Source: a virus. Taken from it: a stretch of DNA of 36,101 bases. Where the stretch lies: positions 1-36,101 of the IMG/VR virus record IMGVR_UViG_3300029487_000028; one strand, written 5' to 3'. Under the pieces are notes generated by a model. The model had not been told where the DNA came from, ran no database searches, and worked only from the letters and a program-made list of their open reading frames with translations. The first letter of the stretch is position 1. Every line of letters begins with the position of its first letter. The position numbers and the translations under genes were made by a program. Shown here one piece after another: positions 33,230 through 36,101 of this stretch.

Positions 33230-33301
33230 CATTTTCCTCTTGACTTTTACGCCCAATGGGCGTATAATAAGACCATAAGATAAAGCAAGGCGATAAGCCG
33301 G
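33230..33301 (+). repeat. Promoter/5'UTR cassette, copy 2
   Basis: See copy 1. Confidence 0.9.
33240..33268 (+). promoter_or_regulatory. Second copy of TTGACT-17-TATAAT, with the palindrome at 33249-33263
   Basis: -35 at 33240-33245, -10 at 33263-33268. Confidence 0.7.
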
Positions 33302-33315
33302 GAGGGAACAAAAAA

Positions 33316-33534
33316 ATGAAACAGTACAAATACTTCTACAAAGTCACCGATGAGAACGGCCAGATCATTTTCAACCATCGTTCCGATTATGCATACCGTC
33401 TTCTGGCGCTTGCGAACAAGGAAAGCCGCGACAGCGACGGCAATATGCTTGCCGCATGGTACTTCGGCAAGGTTGAGCACAACATCCCCGAAGACGTGTG
33501 GGAGCGTGTGCAGGTTTACGGTGATAGAATTTGA
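33316..33534 (+). CDS. Hypothetical 72-aa protein
   Basis: GGGAGGG SD. First gene of the second cassette-driven operon. Confidence 0.6.
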   Translation: MKQYKYFYKVTDENGQIIFNHRSDYAYRLLALANKESRDSDGNMLAAWYFGKVEHNIPEDVWERVQVYGDRI

Positions 33535-33544
33535 GGTATCGAAG

Positions 33545-34084
33545 ATGACTGGCTATCAGCAAGCGATCCTCATGCTGCTCGGCGTTGATACCTGCGGCAA
33601 GTTCCTTGTCCGCTGTGTTGATCGGTGGTACATTGACGCGGTTGCCGAGCTTTTCCCAACCGCGCCATACCTCCAGCACCGCACAGACGGAAAGAAAGAC
33701 TTTTGGACTGTGAAATCCGCGAAGGTGCATCTTCTCCCGTCCCTCGCCGACGTGACGGATTGGCAGGGATTTTGCCGCGGTGTGGTGGAGCTGCAAGCTT
33801 GCCTTGATCTCTGGCCGCACAAGGTACGTGGCAAGCCCACCAGGACACCACGGCTGCGGGTTTACGGGCAGCCTGAGCTTTTAACGCAAGTATCCTCGCA
33901 TTTTCCGGCAGGGCCGAAAAAGCTGCAATTTCGGCGCACGCAGACCGGCGAAACGTGCGTCCTGTACTATCAAAGCCCGGCAGAAGTTGCTGATATTCTC
34001 GATTCTCTGCACGGCGAACCTTGCAACCGCGAACTCTGGGCCAGCTGGGACGCGCTCATGCAACAAAATAAGCCCGCAGGATAA
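33545..34084 (+). CDS. Hypothetical 179-aa protein (weak LAGLIDADG-like two-motif pattern)
   Basis: Start at MTGYQQAIL after GAGGTATCGAAG. LLGVDTCGKF and FCRGVVELQAC lie about 85 aa apart, each followed by a beta-like segment. Resemblance by eye only. Confidence 0.55.
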   Translation: MTGYQQAILMLLGVDTCGKFLVRCVDRWYIDAVAELFPTAPYLQHRTDGKKDFWTVKSAKVHLLPSLADVTDWQGFCRGVVELQACLDLWPHKVRGKPTRTPRLRVYGQPELLTQVSSHFPAGPKKLQFRRTQTGETCVLYYQSPAEVADILDSLHGEPCNRELWASWDALMQQNKPAG

Positions 34085-34134
34085 CTGCGGGCCTGATACA
34101 AAAACACCCGTGGGACGAATCCAACGGGTGTTTT
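34072..34134. terminator. Tandem hairpins, the second a bidirectional terminator
   Basis: gcccgcag-gataa-ctgcgggc (34072-34092) and aaaaACACCCGT-12 nt-ACGGGTGTttt (34104-34134), between convergent transcription units. Confidence 0.65.
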
Positions 34135-34137
34135 GCG

Positions 34138-34371
34138 TTATGCTCCTGTCAGGCGGCGGGCGGTGTTGTAGATGTGCGGCAGGCGGCGGGAGATGGTTTT
34201 GCGGTCGATGCCGATCTCACCGGCGGCGTCCATCTGCGGGAGCCTGCCCACGATATAAAGCTTCACGATCTGCTGATCGATCACGTCCAAAAGTCCCTCG
34301 TCAGTGACGCGCTCCCAGTCGCTGCGCGTGAGGTGTTCCAGCTCCTTCGGCAGAGCCAGCCGCGCAGTTAT
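34138..34371 (-). CDS. Small sigma-region-4-like HTH protein with an unclear start
   Basis: The open frame runs 34377-34138. AAGGGAG is followed 9 nt later by ATA rather than ATG, and the first canonical start is GTG at 34284. The HTH is MDAAGEIGIDRKTISRRLPHIY. Confidence 0.4.
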   Translation of the reverse strand: MTARLALPKELEHLTRSDWERVTDEGLLDVIDQQIVKLYIVGRLPQMDAAGEIGIDRKTISRRLPHIYNTARRLTGA

Positions 34372-34408
34372 TTGCTGTCACTCCCTTCGGCCCGCCGCCT
34401 GGCGGGGC

Positions 34409-35119
34409 TTACTTATCCTTGTGATTCAGCACAGCGATATTGCCCTTGTTTCTCACTTCGAGATTTAGCGCGGCGGCGATATCGCGCACCTTGACGTAGT
34501 TCGTACCGTTCTTCAGGATGCGTTCGACGGCGACTTCCTTGCCGTCCACGATGATCTTGCTCTTTTCTACCATTTCGGTTTCCTCCTCTGCATTTTTTCC
34601 ATCTTCGAGGGCCATCACGGTATGGCCCGAGCTTACCAGTACGTCGCCGCGCAGCAGATTGGCGTCCGTCATCAGATACTTGCTGCCAGTCAGCAGCTCG
34701 AAGTCTCCCGTCGCCGGCCAATCGTGCAGCATACAGTAGGTGGTGCAGCTGTTGCCCTGCCGACGGTAGAGCGCTTCGACCGACGCGCAGCCTGCGGCCA
34801 CGGCGCAGAGCATCATGAGCGCGGAGCAGTCCGTCTCCACGGGCTTTGTGATCTTGCTCACGTCCCACCCGACGGCTCTGGCGGCCTCATACGCCGTGTT
34901 CCGGTCTTCCATGTCGTAGCCGATGTTCGGGTTCTTAATGGCCGCCTCGCACGTCTGCGCGGCCCGCTCGGCCTTTTTGCGGCTCTTGTAGCGCAAGATG
35001 CCGAGCCAGCGGCCATTGTACCAGTTGGAGATATTCAGCTCCCGCCCGGTCTGATTGCCGGGCTGCTGATTGCGGCCGCCCGTCTCGCCGAGACTGGCCT
35101 GCCCGATCTTGATGCTCAT
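34409..35119 (-). CDS. Endolysin: Cys-peptidase-like N-terminal domain plus a copper-amine-oxidase-like wall-binding C-terminal domain
   Basis: ETDCSALMM and SSGHTVMA are candidate Cys/His catalytic motifs. The C-terminal IVDGKEVAVERILKNGTNYVKVRDIAAALNLEV resembles the Cu_amine_oxidN1 domain. ATGA overlap with the holin. Confidence 0.7.
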   Translation of the reverse strand: MSIKIGQASLGETGGRNQQPGNQTGRELNISNWYNGRWLGILRYKSRKKAERAAQTCEAAIKNPNIGYDMEDRNTAYEAARAVGWDVSKITKPVETDCSALMMLCAVAAGCASVEALYRRQGNSCTTYCMLHDWPATGDFELLTGSKYLMTDANLLRGDVLVSSGHTVMALEDGKNAEEETEMVEKSKIIVDGKEVAVERILKNGTNYVKVRDIAAALNLEVRNKGNIAVLNHKDK

Positions 35120-35334
35120 TTCTGCGCATCCTCCTTCGTGGCGTTGTCAATCGCGTCCTGCGCTTTCTGGCTCTGTGTGCCAAAGTAAAACGCGATCACG
35201 ACGGTATACACCATCATAAAGTCCTGCGAGATTTTCCCGGCGACTGCCATGTACGCAAATACCGCCGTCAGCACCAGCGTGACGATGGACTTGACACTCA
35301 GCAGATTGCCGAGCCGCTTTTTGATGTTTTCCAT
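35116..35334 (-). CDS. Holin (2 TM)
   Basis: 72 aa with two TM segments and a charged C terminus, directly upstream of the endolysin. Confidence 0.75.
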   Translation of the reverse strand: MENIKKRLGNLLSVKSIVTLVLTAVFAYMAVAGKISQDFMMVYTVVIAFYFGTQSQKAQDAIDNATKEDAQK

Positions 35335-35347
35335 AAGTATGCTCCTT

Positions 35348-35605
35348 TCAATCTTTCAGCACGATCTCCGCGATGCGTGCTGCCGCTTCCGGGCCGTACT
35401 TTTCGGCCCATTTATCCATGTACTTCTGCGCGTACTTCGCGCGGTTCTCATTTTTGGCTTTCCAGAGGTAAAAGCCGCTGGAAGCCGTTGTTTCGGCCAG
35501 CACCGCAAGCGTGATCTCCGTCAGATCTGCGCCTGCCGCACAGGCGATGATGAGCGCGAGGCTGACGAGCGCGCTGCAAATCAGCCATTTCTTACTAAAC
35601 TCCAT
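35348..35605 (-). CDS. Lysis-module membrane protein (holin-like accessory)
   Basis: 85 aa with an N-terminal TM, then the basic helix YLWKAKNENRAKYAQKY. Confidence 0.5.
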   Translation of the reverse strand: MEFSKKWLICSALVSLALIIACAAGADLTEITLAVLAETTASSGFYLWKAKNENRAKYAQKYMDKWAEKYGPEAAARIAEIVLKD

Positions 35606-35939
35606 TGCTGTGTCCGCATTGCGTCTCCAGCTGGTGCAGGAACTTTTTCACGTCGCCGTTCCCGCCGAGTGTGACATATTTCTGCCCGGCAATCAGACGT
35701 TCAGCCATTGGCATTTCCTCGCTCATGATCGTAAGACGTAGGATTGCCAGATACTGCTCGTTCTGATGCGTCTGCATCTTGTCGAGCTTTTTGTCGATCT
35801 CGCCGAGATGCTCATCCTTCGATGTGGCCTTGCCGCGCTTTTTCTGTATCGCGCCGACGACGGCGTTTACTACCGCCGTCAGCGCGGATGAGCCAAGCGC
35901 GGCGCAGGCGAGGGTGACGATGATGGTTTTGGTGTCCAT
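35595..35939 (-). CDS. Membrane-anchored hypothetical protein (lysis/fibre junction)
   Basis: Start at MDTKTIIVTLACAAL after GGGAGAAACC. 114 aa, one N-terminal TM. Confidence 0.55.
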   Translation of the reverse strand: MDTKTIIVTLACAALGSSALTAVVNAVVGAIQKKRGKATSKDEHLGEIDKKLDKMQTHQNEQYLAILRLTIMSEEMPMAERLIAGQKYVTLGGNGDVKKFLHQLETQCGHSNGV

Positions 35940-35959
35940 GGTTTCTCCCTTCTGCGTTA

Positions 35960-36101
35960 TCAGATCGGCACGAAGGCCGCATCCGTCCACTTTGCCGTCG
36001 CGCCTGCTTCGCCCATCCAGACCTTGATCACGCCGTTGTGCGTGTAGTAGGCGTTCTGGATGAGCGCCATGTCGGAGGCCCACACGATTGGATTGTCCGC
36101 C
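35960..36101 (-). CDS. 3' part of the junction-spanning 108-aa ORF (same gene as 1-262)
   Basis: ...YYTHNGVIKVWMGEAGATAKWTDAAFVPI, stop TGA at 35962-35960. Confidence 0.6.
   Translation of the reverse strand, partial: ADNPIVWASDMALIQNAYYTHNGVIKVWMGEAGATAKWTDAAFVPI
36025..36101. repeat. Terminal direct repeat, copy 2
   Basis: Identical to nt 1-77. Confidence 0.95.

Larger units (their letters stand above)
1..36101. mobile_element. Complete circularly closed temperate siphovirus-type phage genome (unique length 36,024 bp)
   Basis: All canonical modules are present: integrase and repressor switch, early genes, packaging, HK97-type head, non-contractile tail with tape measure, lysis. Nt 1-77 are identical to nt 36025-36101 and an ORF reads through the junction. 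Confidence 0.85.

Noticed and set aside
1-36101. Scan by eye for tRNA, tmRNA, rRNA, CRISPR arrays, transposases/IS elements, toxins with known signatures, and reverse transcriptases.
   Set aside because: None was recognisable by eye. Intergenic space is too small apart from the regions reported. A tRNAscan or Infernal run would be needed to exclude small RNAs formally.

Overview
The first 77 nt are identical to the last 77 nt, so this window is a complete, circularly closed phage genome with a unique length of 36,024 bp. It is GC-rich by eye, apart from a few AT-rich islands, and looks like a temperate siphovirus of a Gram-positive host. A Clostridia-like host is inferred from the strong GGAGG Shine-Dalgarno (SD) sites and from an endolysin with a copper-amine-oxidase-like wall-binding domain. 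Almost all genes lie on the minus strand in one long early-to-late transcription direction. (1) Lysogeny side, 26.2-30.2 kb: a cI-like XRE repressor at 26303-26674 faces a leftward early operon across a switch region with two back-to-back promoters and three operator palindromes. Beyond it are two membrane-protein morons, a membrane-anchored HTH gene and a large serine recombinase translationally coupled to it (28599-30227). (2) Early region, 26134 down to 17453: about 30 small ORFs. They include a Lar-like restriction-alleviation protein, a PAPS-reductase-family protein, a DUF1064 protein and a HUH-type rolling-circle Rep-like protein. No classical replisome genes were recognised. (3) Late region, 17402 down to 1, continuing at 36024 down to 34138: RinA/ArpU-like activator, HNH, TerS, TerL, portal, ClpP-type protease, HK97-type capsid, connectors, tube protein, G/GT chaperone with a visible -1 slippery run, tape measure, FN3-decorated Dit, Tal, a fibre module and a lysis cassette. 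(4) Accessory island between the lysis cassette and the integrase, 30260-34137: an unknown three-gene minus-strand operon, plus two plus-strand operons. Each plus-strand operon is driven by a near-identical copy of a consensus promoter cassette carrying a 15-bp palindrome in its spacer. The first operon encodes a very acidic 87-aa protein followed by two paralogous HTH proteins, which resembles an acr-aca (anti-defence) locus. I consider this the best candidate for an undescribed system. Other notable items are a promoter-plus-terminator pair defining a roughly 73-nt antisense RNA candidate inside the early operon, an opposite-strand gene embedded in the early operon, and a 377-nt hairpin-rich non-coding gap. 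All functional calls rest on motif recognition by eye, since no searches were run. No tRNA, rRNA, CRISPR array or transposase was seen.
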